Part shown: positions 1 to 13,599 of the stretch, one piece after another
Layout: each line of letters begins with the position of its first letter
Position numbering within the stretch: position 1 is the first letter of the stretch
Assembly (NCBI RefSeq): GCF_006345805.1
Contig: NC_043002.1
Coordinates: forward strand, 69,006,001-69,070,000
Origin: Octopus sinensis
Taxonomy: Eukaryota
Length of the DNA stretch: 64,000 bases
Direction: 5' to 3'
Notes under the pieces: generated by a model
What the model was told of the DNA's origin: nothing
The model's database searches: none
The model's input: only the letters and a program-made list of their open reading frames with translations
Program-made: the position numbers and the translations under genes

Positions 1-1
1 A

Positions 2-1136
2 CAGTTACCTTTTGGAAATGTAACAGGTGGCTATAACACTGTCTCTGAAAATATACAATCTGTACCACCACACCGTCACCATCTTATTACAGGTCGAACT
101 ACATACAAGGCACAGCCTGCGCACACAAATTTAGGAATTAACCCCAAAAATATGATTAACATGCCTCCTGATGGCAAATCTACGACTCCAATTGTGCCTT
201 CAATGTTTAATCACAACTCTGACATGACTAATTTGAGTACAACTGTTATTAATTCAACTACTCCAACTTCTGTTCTTGCAACTGCAGACAACACTGCACA
301 GCATTCTCTCTATTCAGTAGGTACATGGACGCGGAGTTTAATTCCTGTATGCACACGGACTGCTGTTGCATGCTCAACTAGTGCTCTAGTTTCAACAGGC
401 TCTTCAAATTCCAGTCCACCACCAAGACAAAATATAGGTAATATGAAGAATAGTAACATATGTTCCAATTCAGTACCTCAGTCCCCACCTAGTGCTGCTC
501 CTGATTCAACCTGTTCATCCTCATCTGACCAAGCTAGTGGCTTGGCCACTCTGAACTTCCTTGCACAATGCTCAAACCAAAGTAGTGTCATTACTAACAC
601 CATCGTTTATTCATCTCAAACATTGAACTCAAGTTCTCCGAGCCAAGTTTCTACAGGCCGGTCGGGAATGTGCAAAACATGTGGCTGTGATGGCTACCAT
701 CAATTAGGTGTCATTTCTTCTCCTGTGGCTCCACCAGCCAATAATATCCCTCCTAACCATTGGCCATCCTTTGCAGGGAACATGGGCTACATGCCACAAA
801 ATTCTAATGGTTTGATACCACTTCACTACCCAATGCAATTGGTTAGTGCGATCCCAACTGATCACGTATATAACAACCCTACTAACATAAGTTTGGTGCA
901 TTTGAACTCTTCAAATCAAGCAGCTGTATCATCATCGTCATCCTCTACGTCTTCATCATGTATGCTGAGCCAGATGTGTAACTATGCATCTTTGGGTCTA
1001 CATGCCACGCCACCACAACCACAACAGTACACCATGACAATGATTAGCAATAAACACTGCAGGTCGTGTTTTAACTGTGGAGGATCTGATCATGTTGCCA
1101 GTGATTGCAAGGAAACATCTATGGAAGCTATGACAG
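2..1136 (+). CDS. Penultimate large coding exon (5' end outside window) of a ZCCHC2/ZCCHC14-like zinc-knuckle protein
   Basis: Frame is open from base 2. Ser/Thr/Pro/Asn low-complexity region, a CKTCGCDG motif, and a C-terminal CCHC knuckle SCFNCGGSDHVASDCKETSME, compared with vertebrate ZCCHC2/14 CYNCG..GH.AQDCKQ.SM. Donor ACAG|GTAAC at 1136/1137 (phase 1), so the ORF tail to 1180 is intronic read-through. Confidence 0.85.
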
Positions 1137-1851
1137 GTAACTTATTACTTTCTTTCAAATATTCATCTATTTTTCACTAAACATTTTGTTAAACCCTAAT
1201 ATGTTTTTATGTGCTTTTTTTGATTTGTATTCAAGATTATTGTCCTTCGTTTATTCTTACTGAAAAACGAAACTTTTTTTCTCTCTGCTTATTGACGATC
1301 AAATTTCAATTCTAATATGAAATAGCTTTGCTTATTAATATCCAACTTTTTTTCATATTAAATAATATGGCACTTCCTTAACTCTGACACATCTTCATCA
1401 CCATTTCTTCCCTTTTCCCACTGAGGTAACCATGCCCCTCCCCCACACACACACAACAAGAGGCCTGTTTTCGTTTCTCTGTCATACTTTAACCTCTCAT
1501 CATTTAGCATAAAGCCACCTCCCTCAATACTGCACACCCTCAGTTGAAGAATCTTGTTTTGTGAGTTACTTGGTGATCTCACTAGTGCCAGTGCTGCGTA
1601 AAAAGTACCCAGTACACTCTGTAAATTGGTTGGCATTACGAAAGGCATCCAGCCATAGAGATCATACCAAAGCAGACATTTGAGCTTGGTGCAATTCTCT
1701 AGCTCACCAACTCCCAGTGAACCATCCATCTCATGCCAGCATGGAAAACAAACATTAAATGGTGATGATGATGTAATTTCCCAACTTGCTCAATGTAACA
1801 ACTAATTTTTCCGTAACAAATTCCCTTCTGCTTTTGTGATAAAAATCACAG

Positions 1852-1902
1852 GTTTCAGATTTGAATTATAAGATAGTCACATTCAGAGCATTGATTAAAT
1901 GA
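1852..1902 (+). CDS. Candidate alternative terminal exon of the ZCCHC-like gene
   Basis: Branch-like ACTAAT at 1801, pyrimidine tract, tandem AG acceptors at 1850-51 and 1857-58. The second gives (G)AT-TTG-AAT-TAT-AAG... = DLNYKIVTFRALIK*, sharing LNYK with the 3766 exon. Confidence 0.4.
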   Translation, partial: VSDLNYKIVTFRALIK

Positions 1903-3765
1903 TGAAGTCTGATCTAAAATGACTGTTCATATCTTCTTACTGCTTAATCTTGGGCCACTCAGATGCTTTAGTATTGTCAACCACTCTTCTTCAACAACAA
2001 AATGTATTTTATATATATATCATTATGTATTACTGTTAGACTCGGATGTTGTATTCAGTGTTTTTATTTCTTGTATAGAGAGATGCTAATATTTATCAGT
2101 TATGGTGAAAGCAAATACCACCATAATTGCTATCAAAAATCATATAAAATTGTGAAAGGTACTTTCCAAGTCGCTGTAATGCATAGATAATTATGTTTCC
2201 ATCAGTTTTCCACACAAGTATGGATTGTATATTTCTGAAAATATTGATATTTTAATTCTCACATTTTCTTTTCCATTTTCTGATGCTAGCGTAACAATTG
2301 CATATTAGTAAGCTATTAATGCAAGTTTATTTCCTGCTATTAACCATTTTACTCTAACATTGGCTTGGTAGCTATTTAACAAATGAAGTAATATGTCTTA
2401 ATTTAATGAAACACTAATTACATGTTAGCCATTACAAGGTTTGAACTTAAGACTAAATTTATTACTGCGGTAACTTAACCTCATAGCTAATGTGCAATGT
2501 GGCAAAAGTAACATGTTGGTAAGAACTGACAAGTAGAGCAATCAGCATGTGTTCTATTGCTGACAGGCTTCTTACTACTGTCATAAATGATTTCAGTTGC
2601 TGTCAAAGTAGAGATGTTTGTGAAGAATTTGAAGAATTTCTGGTACTAATGCTTGTGTAACTTGTGAAGTTGCATAGGACTTGAACATTTTCAAACTCTA
2701 TAACAGAAGGTGTTTTCCTTTCAGTATAAATTTAAAGAATATTTCTAAATTCATTTAATTCTTTTGTCAAGAAATAGCTACATTGTAGAGATTCTTGGAT
2801 AACAGATTCACTGCTCTTGTGTATCTACTTTAAATACTCATAAATATGTATACATATACACACACACACTCACAATCAGATATGCAAGTATGTGGTTAAC
2901 TGCTAATGCCTTTATATATATATATATATATATATAACATCAGGAAATAATTGCATAGGACTTAAAAATTCTCTTGTATTAACATTAAGCTGAAAATACG
3001 AAAATACTTGGGTATTTGTTTAAGGATTTCCCACTTACTCACTGTTTTTGCTGGGTCCCAAAGGATTTGCTTGTTTGATAACAGAAAGGTTTATTTGAAT
3101 TCAGAATGCAGAGCTAATCTACTCAAGGATACACTGATAATGTGGACCTAAAAGCAAAGTACATTGTTCTTTATGCTTCTAACCAAACATTGATGCTTTA
3201 AGCAACAATTTATTTTCTTCTGGTTTCATATCTTTTTCATTGTTTTAGTATATTTGCAATATCACTTTGCTGGGAATGTCTTTGTCTTCAGTCACTACCT
3301 CTGGTATTTCTCTGGATGATAATTTTTTATCAAGTTAGATCTTTCATTCATCGTTCTATGAGTAGACCTAGTTGTTACTAGTGGTGGAGCTACTGAAAGC
3401 ATGTATTATTTAAAGTACTGTTTTTTGCCTCTCTCTCTCAAAGTGTCACATTAGCATTGAAACTTGAGAATGTTTGATAACAAGAGAACAACTTAGGACT
3501 TATGGATGTATTAATGGAGTATAGGAGAGATAAGAAGATACATGCTGAGTATGGGAACTGGGAAGTGAAGAACAGCAGAGAATGTTACTTCTAATGTGTA
3601 ATATGAAGCTAGCTAAAACAAATATAACCTATTGTATTGATTTGGCTTACCCATGCTAATATGGAGAACCGGTGATTAACAATGTTCTTTTCTTGGTTTT
3701 TAACTCTTGTAAACTGTACTGATTTCTGTTGTATCTTATATTTTCCTTGTATTTATATTTTTCAG

Positions 3766-3809
3766 GCCAGTATCGGTTGAATTACAAGAGCAAAACTGCA
3801 GCAGACTGA
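3766..3809 (+). CDS. Terminal coding exon of the ZCCHC-like gene (GQYRLNYKSKTAAD*)
   Basis: Strong acceptor (ttttcag|GC), phase 1 matching the 1136 donor. Peptide matches the ZCCHC2/14 C-terminal G.(Y/F)RL.Y motif; TGA at 3807-3809. Confidence 0.85.
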
Positions 3810-4378
3810 CAAACAAAAATTTGTTGACCATTTTACATGCACATTTTCTTGACATAATGTTGGCCACACCAATATATACTGCTGCATATAAGCACAAACA
3901 TTGGATTTGGCTGTTTTTGCACTCTCAAATACTATTGGTTTGCATGTGTTCCATGCCTGATATCTCCCAATAGATATGCAGCCTGCAATGATGTCATAGT
4001 TAAGTGGAACATGCTATTATCATGCACAAGTCAGTCTTTATTTTATGCATGTGCATATGCACACAAACACACACACACAATCTTTCTGAGACAATTCAGA
4101 TCTGTGTTCTCACTTGATTTTCATGCAGTCCATTACATCCCTTCAGTATGCCACCTTCTGTACCTGCTGCATTTTGATCATTAATCCACTTGCTCCACTG
4201 TTCAGAATTCATATATCATATGCAATATTATATATACATATATGATATACATATATGTACATAATATATGATATATGTACATAATATAATATAATTATGT
4301 ATATAATATATATATAATATATGTATATGATATATATTTGTATATAATATAATATATGTATACAATACATATATAATG

Positions 4379-4422
<44 letters not shown>

Positions 4423-4438
4423 ATATATAATATATATA

Positions 4439-4469
<31 letters not shown>

Positions 4470-4476
4470 ATATACT

Positions 4477-4522
<46 letters not shown>

Positions 4523-6785
4523 GATTTCTCAGATCAAACTTTATAAAGAGTTTGTATCTCCGTCACTAACCATACATCAAGTTGCTAATGTATGGATTCT
4601 CTAGTGAAGAATTATGAATGATGGACAAGGTCAATTACTATGAAACAATCAGTACTGCTTGCTGCTATCATTGTGACACACAGTCACATGGACAATTCAG
4701 AAGAGGCATTAACCATTTAGACAAATCAAATTGCTTATAATAGCACAAGGTATAGTGGAGTGTATAATCTTAGGTCTCTATATCTTCCCTTGCAACACGA
4801 AGCTGTTAATGTCTTACAAGTGAAGAGGAATAGAGGAAAAGACTTGTGTTTACTTTGTATTGAGTCTCTGCTGAATCCTATGTCAAATTCTTGATATAAC
4901 CAAGTCTCTGATATATTTGTTTTGATCAGTGACTGACCTGACTTTAATGACCTGAAATATATTATTAGACGTTATAAGCACTAATTTGAGAGAGAAAAGA
5001 AAATCATGCCCACTGATGTGGATTTGGTTTCTGTTTTCTGTGTAGCAGTTTCATTCATTCATAATGAAATGAGTTTTTAAAATAGTTAATGATGTGTTAA
5101 AAATAGTTGGGTTAAAAAAGTTTGACTGATAATATAAATGTAATCAATCTCTCGTTCCTCTTCATCTGTTGCTTGGTTGAAGAATTAGGTATATTCATTA
5201 ATTAAACCTTCATGAAACACTGATCAAGAAACCTTACATTTAAGTTAGTTCATCGATAATATATTCCAAGACTCGGCCGAATGTGAAAATACAGGTATTA
5301 GCCTCCCTGAGAGAATTCAGCCATGTTCTGTCTGGTTTTAAAGAATTAAAAATTCTCGAATTTCAGTGAAATATGAAACATAACTGATCATAGAAATGCT
5401 TACATGATTGCCTGCCAAAAGAGAAAATAAACAAACTTGATGATATGGCCTGGTTCTAGGAAGTGATGCCATGATACAGCCATAAACTGAAAACATTTAT
5501 GAGATAGTAACCATAATTTCAGACATCAAGTAATGGATAAGAATAAGCAGGGCAGGAGTGTTGTGATGTCTCTTTTAGAGGACACTTTGTCTTAAAATGT
5601 GGGATTTGTACATTCAGTCATATTGAATATACAATCTTATACTGATGTTCTTACCAGTTCGTCATTAAAGATCTTCCCAAACGAGGTAGGGACTAAGATT
5701 TACTGGCTTCATTCTTCTTGGAATTATTGAGCAGTTTTCTACTTTGTGCTATATGATTTATTAAATTGGTGGCTATCAGTACTATATAGTCTATATTTTG
5801 AGCAGCACAAACTTTAGGACAAGTTGGAAAGTCAATGGTGCAGACATACAGTTCATAGGCAAAACTGGTCAAGAAAAATTGATTTACTGTCTCACTTTGT
5901 TCAATCTAATCAAATAAATTATTAACAGGTAGCTTTGTTTTGCATCTTACGATTTCATTTACAGAGAACGTCTAGTCTCCAGCTCACTCCGAAAGCTATA
6001 TCCTTCCATTGCCTTGATGTTAGTTATTACCACAGTTGTTTCCCTTTAGAACCCCATAACCTGTAATTCATAAAATAATGCCTTGCCATTCCTGTTGCCT
6101 CCCTCTGTATTCTGTGTACTAAATAACATGGCATTTCCTTCTGTAACACTGCCTCAGTATGTTTTTCTTCACTACAGTAAACCTCCAATTAAATTCAAGG
6201 AAATTATTAACTGTACCAAATTAATTTTCCTTCTATTATCCTTTCTTCTACACCAAGAGGACCATAGCAGTTTGTGGGCCTGGCTCATCTTTGGTTCAAT
6301 ATTAAAATGAACAATAATAAATACATATATATAAAAATATACTGAAAAAGAACTGTTATCATGTTGGTGGAAAACTATATTGTTGGTGGGTTTAATTAAT
6401 TACTTGCCAGTTTCATTGTTACACAATATCAATTTGATTTTTTTTCCCATTTAAAACTTATCCTAAAATGTGTGTTATTTAAGTTGAAAATCTGTCAAGG
6501 ATTTCACACTAATGGAACTTTTGATTTAACAATTACCAAAGGGCATATTTAAAGCACTCTTTCTACCTTCCTGTCACTGATAATATCTTCCAAATGTATT
6601 TGCAGTGGAGCAAAAGGTATGGAGGAGGATTTCACTTGAGTTTTTGGGCCAAGCATGTGTTTCCATTATAAACCTGTCACTATCACTGCAGTTACGTTAT
6701 AAGCAGTGATGTAATTTACAGTTAAATGAGAATTGACATTACACACACACACACACTATTATATATATATATATATATGTGTGTG

Positions 6786-6826
<41 letters not shown>

Positions 6827-9800
6827 TTCCAACAGTGCACATCTTATACAAATGTTCACAAAATTAAAGATTGCTTCTTAAAATTTGTTTCAACCCTGTG
6901 TACTTGGTTTAAAAAAAAATTGTTTTAAACTCTACATTCAAAATTTTTTCTTGTAAAAAAAAAAAAAAAAAAAAAAAAAGAAAAAGAAAAAAGCGTACCA
7001 AATATCACTTACACAAACATGCATACATCATACATACACACATGTACCTGCATCATACATATATATACCAAAAGTAACTGTAACCTGGTAGTCTTACATT
7101 TTTTCTTGAGTACTGCCTAAAGAAGCTTATGAATTTTCGTTTGGAAGGATTTTTTTGTTTTGTTTTGCTTTGTTGGCTGTGAATTTGATTTGTTTATTTT
7201 AAGGAGTGTTTAGAGTTGTGACTGGCTTGATGTCTGTTGATGACAAAGCCACCTGACAAATGGTGTGTATATGTATATATGTGCTTTAACTGGTCAGGTA
7301 CTATTTGATATCTGTTTTACAATAGTTCCATAGAGATAACATTTGTCAGCTGAGCTGTCAGAAAGGAGTGAATGGATGAAGCTAAGAGCTCCTATAGAGA
7401 CAGAAAGTGAAAAGAAAAGAAAGCTGTGATGTCTGTTCTTAGATTGTATTTGTCTGTGATGTGACACACCAGATTATATTGCTTTCACCAGCTGGGTGTT
7501 CTTCAGTTAACTAAATGCTGGATGACAGTCTATATACTTGCTTAGGTTTACATATGGCAGTTCTTACTGCCTGAATACCATATCTGACGTAATAAGGGGC
7601 TGGCATTGTAGATACTCTATGCATGGGGTTAAACTAGTCGACACTGAGTTAACAACTAACCCCAAAGTTTCTAAAATTGTATTTACCGACTGCTTCCATA
7701 TTATCTTTGGCTCCTTTTAATCTTCCCAATCAGTTTATAATTACTGTGAAAGAAGACCTTGCTCTAAAATACCATTTGATGTTTTCTTTACCTATTCATG
7801 TTGAAAGAGACATTTAAACAATGTCCATTCACTTGTCTTCAAAGTTTTCTCATCTCTTTCAGCTTTTTATGTGAGAAATCTCCATTTTAATGTAATTATT
7901 TCTGCATGTTCTCTAGCTTACCATTTAGAATCAGTTGGTTCTATTTTCTTAGCTGCCATCTTGCAACCCTGGCTGCTCAGAGACAGAAGTTTGTATATAA
8001 TTCTTTGCCATAATGAATGCAGAATGAGAAGCACAACAATGAAGTACACAAGTAAAACATAAGCAACAACAAAAAAAAAATTGAATAATAAATTATAAAC
8101 TTGTTTTTTTGATTTGTAAAATCACAGAGAAAAAAAAGAAAGATTCCCTTAAAGCAAATGGTTTTGTTTTCTGATGACATTTGTTGACTAACATTGGCTA
8201 AAGTTATTGATATTGTTTATTTTATTATTTCAAACATTTTTTTTTCCTGGTTGAGTATTCTCAGTGATGAAGATTGGTTGGCATATATCCGTGGTTTGAT
8301 CAAAGATTTTGTAAGGCTGGCATTATCTTTATTCCTCTCACTTATTGCACCTTACAGTGGCCATGTCTCTTTACATATCTCCATCTGAGACATTTAGGCT
8401 ATCTTTTGTTTTTGACTAAATTCCCTGAAGTCTTTCTTTTTCTTTTTAAATATATACATATATTTTTAAATTCTTTTCTTTCTTTGATTCTTTCCCTCCC
8501 CCCAAACTCCCAGCTGTTGGCCAAAATAAACTGCTTGGGTTTACCTCTGGTTTGGTGTCAGCAACATTCATTGCAATGTCCATCATTAGCTGTCTAATAC
8601 TGGAGGCCAATGCTATTAGTACTTCTCTTATCAGTTGTCTATGGTTCCAGCAATCAACTGCTGTTTCTAATAGTTCTCTGTTCTGTTGTCAGAAAGCAAC
8701 AGTTATCTTCATCAAATGTTGGCCTTCATTAATAATATTTCTTGGTAAAAGAAAAAGGAAAAAAAAAAATTAAATAAAAAGGAAAAACCCCAAAAAAGCA
8801 AAATCAAAATAATTGGAGAGAGTCTGACAGAATTTTACCAGCAAAGAGTTGTGCATTAAATTAGATTTATATTTTATGAAGATATTTATTTTAATGTCTG
8901 TTTCCTCTATTTATTTATACTACTGGATCTCAATGGAGTCTCTTGATATCTGGTTTTTGTTATACTTTCTGCTGGTGTCTGTTTTCATTAAACATCTGAG
9001 TGATTGATTGTTATAAAATATATTCTATCCAGTTTGGTGCCCTTATTGATATTTGTAATATATTCCTCTGCCTATTCACAATCTGCTGTTACATTGGCTT
9101 TCTGGTTTGGAGACTGGCAGTAAAAGATTGAAAAACTAAAAAAGAGCCTTCAGAGTGTTTTCACAACTCAAGGTTTGTTGCCTGAATAAAATGATGGAAA
9201 ATGTTTAGTTTCCAGTCCCTTGTTAATTTTCAACAATTCCCATATCTCTTGTTAATTAGATTTATATTGATAGCCCCAATGCAATATCCTCTAAGAAGAT
9301 TTGAAACACACTGTAAATACTTCTTTATTGGATTCTATTCCTACCCCACCAGTGACATATTCACGCCTGCATTTCCTATCTCTGGTAGTCTCAGCACCTT
9401 TAGTGCTACAGCAAATGGTGGCAAAAATAAAAAGAAAGTCACAGATCACTCTGTGAATTTTGATAGTGGTTCTTCTCAAAAGATTGACATCACGATTCTT
9501 TCTGCAGCAGTCAGTGTTGCATTTGACTAGGATTGACTATGACGAGGGTTTTTTTTCTCTACATTTCAGAGCTCTTAAACGGCTTGATTTGGCATCTAAC
9601 TGCTCTCAGACAGAATTCCACACCATTGACAGGACTTGTTACTTTAATTGAACCACTCTTTTTATATCTAATTTTAAAAAACTCTGCAACAATTGTTGCA
9701 ATAAAAAAAGAAAAAAAAAGGCAAAACCTGCATACATACATACACCCAAAAATATTGATAAATGAAACCATTTAAATTTTATATTCATTTCCCTTAAAGC

Positions 9801-10650
9801 AAATTTAGCCTTTAGTATTTCTAAATAACCATTTAATACTTTTTTTGTATTTTAGAGAAAAGATATTCTTCTTAGATAGGTGTTCAATTTGCCAACCTAG
9901 TGTCTTTAACTGTATTTTTTCCTCTGTGTTTATTTATTTTGTCTGCTCCCTGCTGCAGCTTTTTCTTCCTTGGGGGTTCTACAAAGCTTTGCAATACAAG
10001 AATTCCTCAGGAGGTAGAGATCACTGCTCCTCCCAAAGTTTTTGGTGATAGGAGTCCTTATCTTTTTTAGCAATTTTTTTTTTGTCCAGATGTTATTCTT
10101 GGACAGCCAACAATTGGAATTAAAAGCTCTTTTTTTTTTTAAATAAAAACAAACAAATATAAATATCATTATTATTTTTTAAATCTCTTTACTATTTCTA
10201 AGTATTACAACTTCCTTTTCTCTCCCATCATTTGTGGATGGTCTACATTGATCCCTGATAATTATGAAATATTAATCAGTTCATGTCAGTGAAATATGGT
10301 CCAACAATGTAGAAAAATAATAAAAAAAAAAATTGCAGCCTTAACTTTCTGGAACTTTCTTTGGAGGGTGGGTCTCCACCCTGGCTGCTCTTAATGGTTG
10401 TTTTTTAGAGGGTCTTTATATTTGAAATAAAGGCTTCTAAACCCAGCTTTGTTGTTGGTTTTTCTTTTAAATTTTTTTTTTTAATAAACCACTTGGTTGA
10501 AAGTTCTGCTTATCATTTTCAGCTGGGCTATAATGGCACCCTGGATTAAAACAAAGTGCTTAATGCCTAAAGGTGCAAGGAAAATAAGATCTTCAACTCC
10601 TGTGTGTTGAATATATTTTTAGATATTTTATAAGCAAAATAAACCATGAA
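3810..10650 (+). other. Putative long 3'UTR of the ZCCHC-like gene
   Basis: About 6.8 kb with no recognisable SINE or LINE, while the rest of the window has one every 1-2 kb. Several AATAAA sites (~5913, ~6316, ~10426, ~10638). True 3' end unknown. Confidence 0.5.
4210..4520. repeat. Compound (TA)n / TATAA microsatellite
   Basis: Directly visible TA-rich low-complexity tract. Shorter (TA)n/(CA)n tracts at ~2912, ~6740, ~20186, ~28025, ~46542. Confidence 0.95.
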
Positions 10651-12556
10651 TCATTAATTAAAGAATATAACCACAGTGGGGGTGAAAACCCAACTCTGCT
10701 CTTGTTTGGCCCCAGGACAACTCTCACTGAGCAAACCTGTGATCAGTCATTTTGGTGGTGACCACCTCATCTTTCTCCTTTGTGCAGAGGACTTAAAACC
10801 ACTTGTCTAATGTGTGCTTTTCTTAAACAATAGGCTATGAATAGAAGGAAATTTGACTGCTTTTTCTAGTGGCTTGAGTGTCCCCAGAGGTTCCCTCATT
10901 GGCTCTAATAAATGGTAAGTCTGTTAGTGTTAGGATCAATTTGTGAGTTAACAGTTTACATTTCTGGAATCGGTGAATGTGCTTCTTATTGTGTTATGTG
11001 ACAAATAGTACAGAAAGGTTAGGGAAAATGATAAACTAGTCGACTTGATGCCCATGGTATTAAAAAAAAAAAAAAAGAAGCTTAATCACTAGCATGGATG
11101 ATCTGGTATACATTTGTACTAATTGTTTTAGGTACCTATGTGGTCCTAAACAGACATAGACAGCCCCTTGACTCACCCACCCTTTGGATCAGTGGAACAT
11201 TGAAGATCTGACAGCGAGAGGTTAGAGAGCTGCACTGGCAGTCAGCTGGTACTCGTTTTTGCTTGAATAGACTGGAACAAAATGAAATGATGTTCTGTTC
11301 TCATGGACGCTGTATACCGTCCAGTATAGGAATCAAACTTATGAACCTACGCTTGTATGTGCAACATCTTAACTACTAAGCCACTGCACCTTAATTAGAT
11401 ATAACCAGTAATGTGTGACAAATTGATCTATTACTCTTTTTTTTGTTTTAGGTTTTTGATTAGGTATCGTAAACAACAATTTACGACAAAAAACAATAAA
11501 TATAAAAAATAATGGTTTCAAATTTTGCCAGAAGGGCAGCAGTTTTGGGGGAGGGGATGAGTTGATTTCATTGACTCCAGTGTTCAACTGGTACTTATTT
11601 TGTCAACTCCTGAAAGGATGAAAGACAAAGTTGGCCATGGCGGAATTTGTACTCAATGTAGTGCTAGATGAAATACCCAGGTAGATGAAATGCTCAGCAT
11701 GATAATGATTTTGTCAGCTTGCTGCCTTAATATTGATAAATAAATAAAAGCTACAGATTTATTGTATCTATTATTTGCCAAGCAATGGTGTTACTAATTA
11801 CACTACAGTGCACTTATTAAACTGTTGTGATAGGTGAAGTGATAAGTGTGATGATTTATAGTTGAAATAGCAGAAAATAAAAAGAGAGATCTGTAACACA
11901 ATTCTAGAAGGTGAATGGCAGAAAATCAGTTAATTGTTGAGGTGGTCACCTAATAAGCGATAGATATGTGGTCCAAGATCCATTAGTAGGTCTGTTGCTC
12001 TTTTCTGTCTCTAATACATCATGGAGTTATAAGTTACATTAAAAAAATTTTTAGTAGTTATCCATAGAAGACTAGAAACTTGACAATATGTAGCTAAAGG
12101 TGATGAGATGGGAGAATTGTTGGCATACCAGGTAAAATGCTTAGCGGCATTTTGTCCATCTTTACATTCTGAGTTGGAATTTCACTGAGGTCAACTCTGC
12201 TTTTCATCTGTTTGAGATCAATAAAATAAGTACTAGTTGAGCACGTGTTGATGTAGTCAACTCACTACTTTTCCCAAAATTGCTGGACTTGTGCCAAAAC
12301 TTGAAACCAATATTACCTATTGAATTTAAATATTATTAGAAATGGTTTAAATGGCTCAACAAAAATTGGTTCCGATTAATCTAAGAAAAAGATAAAGAGT
12401 TTGAAAGTCTTTACTCTACACATTTTGGACTCTTAACTGAGGGTGAAGATAACGGGAAAAGAAAGTGGGGGCTACTTTGGCTACAAGCTAGCAAATGATG
12501 AATGGGATGAAATGAAAGAATGGTTTGAGTTTACTGCATATTATTTTGGGTAAATG

Positions 12557-13599
12557 GGTACTAGTATAGTATGCGGTCTAAGGCAGCGAACTGGCAGCAA
12601 CGTTAGCACACCAGACGAAATGCCTAGCAGTATTTCATCTGTCTTTACGTTCTGAGTTCAAATTCCGCCGAGGCCGACTTTGCCATTCATCCTTTTGGGG
12701 TCGATAAATTAAGTACCGGTTACGCACTGGGGTCGATGTAATTGCCTTAATCCCTTTGTCCCCTCTACGTTTAGCTACTTGTGGGCAATAAAGAAATAGG
12801 TATAGTAAGCGGTCTACCTCGTTGTCAAACAGTATAGCCAGGGTTGTCTACTTTAAACGGTCAATTTGGAAACCAATTTTTCCATCATACGGACATGAAC
12901 AACAAATTCAACTGCAGGCTGAGCCCGAGTGAGATTTTAGAACTGATATTTTTCTTTGTCACGAATATACCCATGACCACTGCAGTGACTCTAACAGGAA
13001 AATCTAAAAATACAATAACTGACTGGCACAATATGTGTGGAGCCATAGTTTATCATGTACGACGAGGGATGGATGGTTGGAACAAATGATAACCCCATTC
13101 AGATCGACGAAGCAAGATTTGCAGGTCGACGAAAATACAATTGAGGAGGAATGCTGAATGGTGACAACGCTCCTCTCTTCGAAGACAGTGATGCAGAACA
13201 ACGAAACAACAGGAATCATAGACCTAGAATTGGTCGGCCGTGGGTTCTTGGTCTCAAACAAGGCTCAGACTGTCGATACTTTTGTGTGGAACGGCGTGAC
13301 GGGAACAGTCTGATCCCAATTATTGAAAGAGAATGTTAAAAAATGTTCACTAATCCAATCAGATGAGTGGCCCGCTTATAATAATTTAAATACCATCGGT
13401 TATCACCACCTGGATCAACGACATTATGTGGATCCAGTGACCGGAACACACACTCAAGCCGTTGAATAATCATGGTTAGATGCTAAAACTGATTCTGAAA
13501 AAAAAAAAAATCTCTGAGTTTTTAATCTCTGAAATATCTGAAAGATAAGGTAGATAAACCTGTTTGACACCGTGGTGGACCGCATACTATACTCGCACT
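12557..13599 (+). mobile_element. Merlin (IS1595/ISXO2-like) DNA transposon, decayed, both TIRs present
   Basis: Broken DDE transposase: IQIDEARFAGRRKYN, RPWVLGLKQGSDCRYFCVERRDGNSLIPIIERE, IQSDEWPAYNNL, HYVDPVTGTHTQAVE. About 40-bp TIRs (GGTACTAGTATAGTATGCGGTCTA/CCTCGTTGTCAAACAG versus CTGTTTGACACCGTGGTGGACCGCATACTATACTCGCACT). 8-bp TSD GGTAAATG/GGTAAATT. Confidence 0.85.
12581..12799 (+). mobile_element. tRNA-derived SINE (family B) inserted in the Merlin left TIR
   Basis: Head GGCAGCGAACTGGCAG...GAGTTCAAATTCC, central TTCATCCTTTTGGGGTCGATAAATTAAGTACC, 17-bp TSD GTATAGTA(T/A)GCGGTCTA at 12564-12580 and 12800-12816. Other family B copies at ~11510-11730(-), 12110-12310(+), 14090-14290(-), 45935-46135(+), 53260-53420(+). 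Confidence 0.85.

Noticed and set aside
1137-1180. C-terminal extension GNLLLSFKYSSIFH of the 342-aa ORF, and ATG 152 as start
   Set aside because: The extension is read-through past a good donor. The frame is open upstream of 152, so this is an internal exon.
8259-8390. C/D snoRNA-like GTGATGA ... CTGA
   Set aside because: Weak terminal stem, no recognisable rRNA antisense element, and located in a putative UTR rather than an intron.
3298-10400. Array of CNGGN Smaug-type stem-loops in the ZCCHC-like 3' region
   Set aside because: CTGG is frequent, but the instances I checked by eye have only 2-3 bp closing stems. Not supportable without a computed enrichment test.
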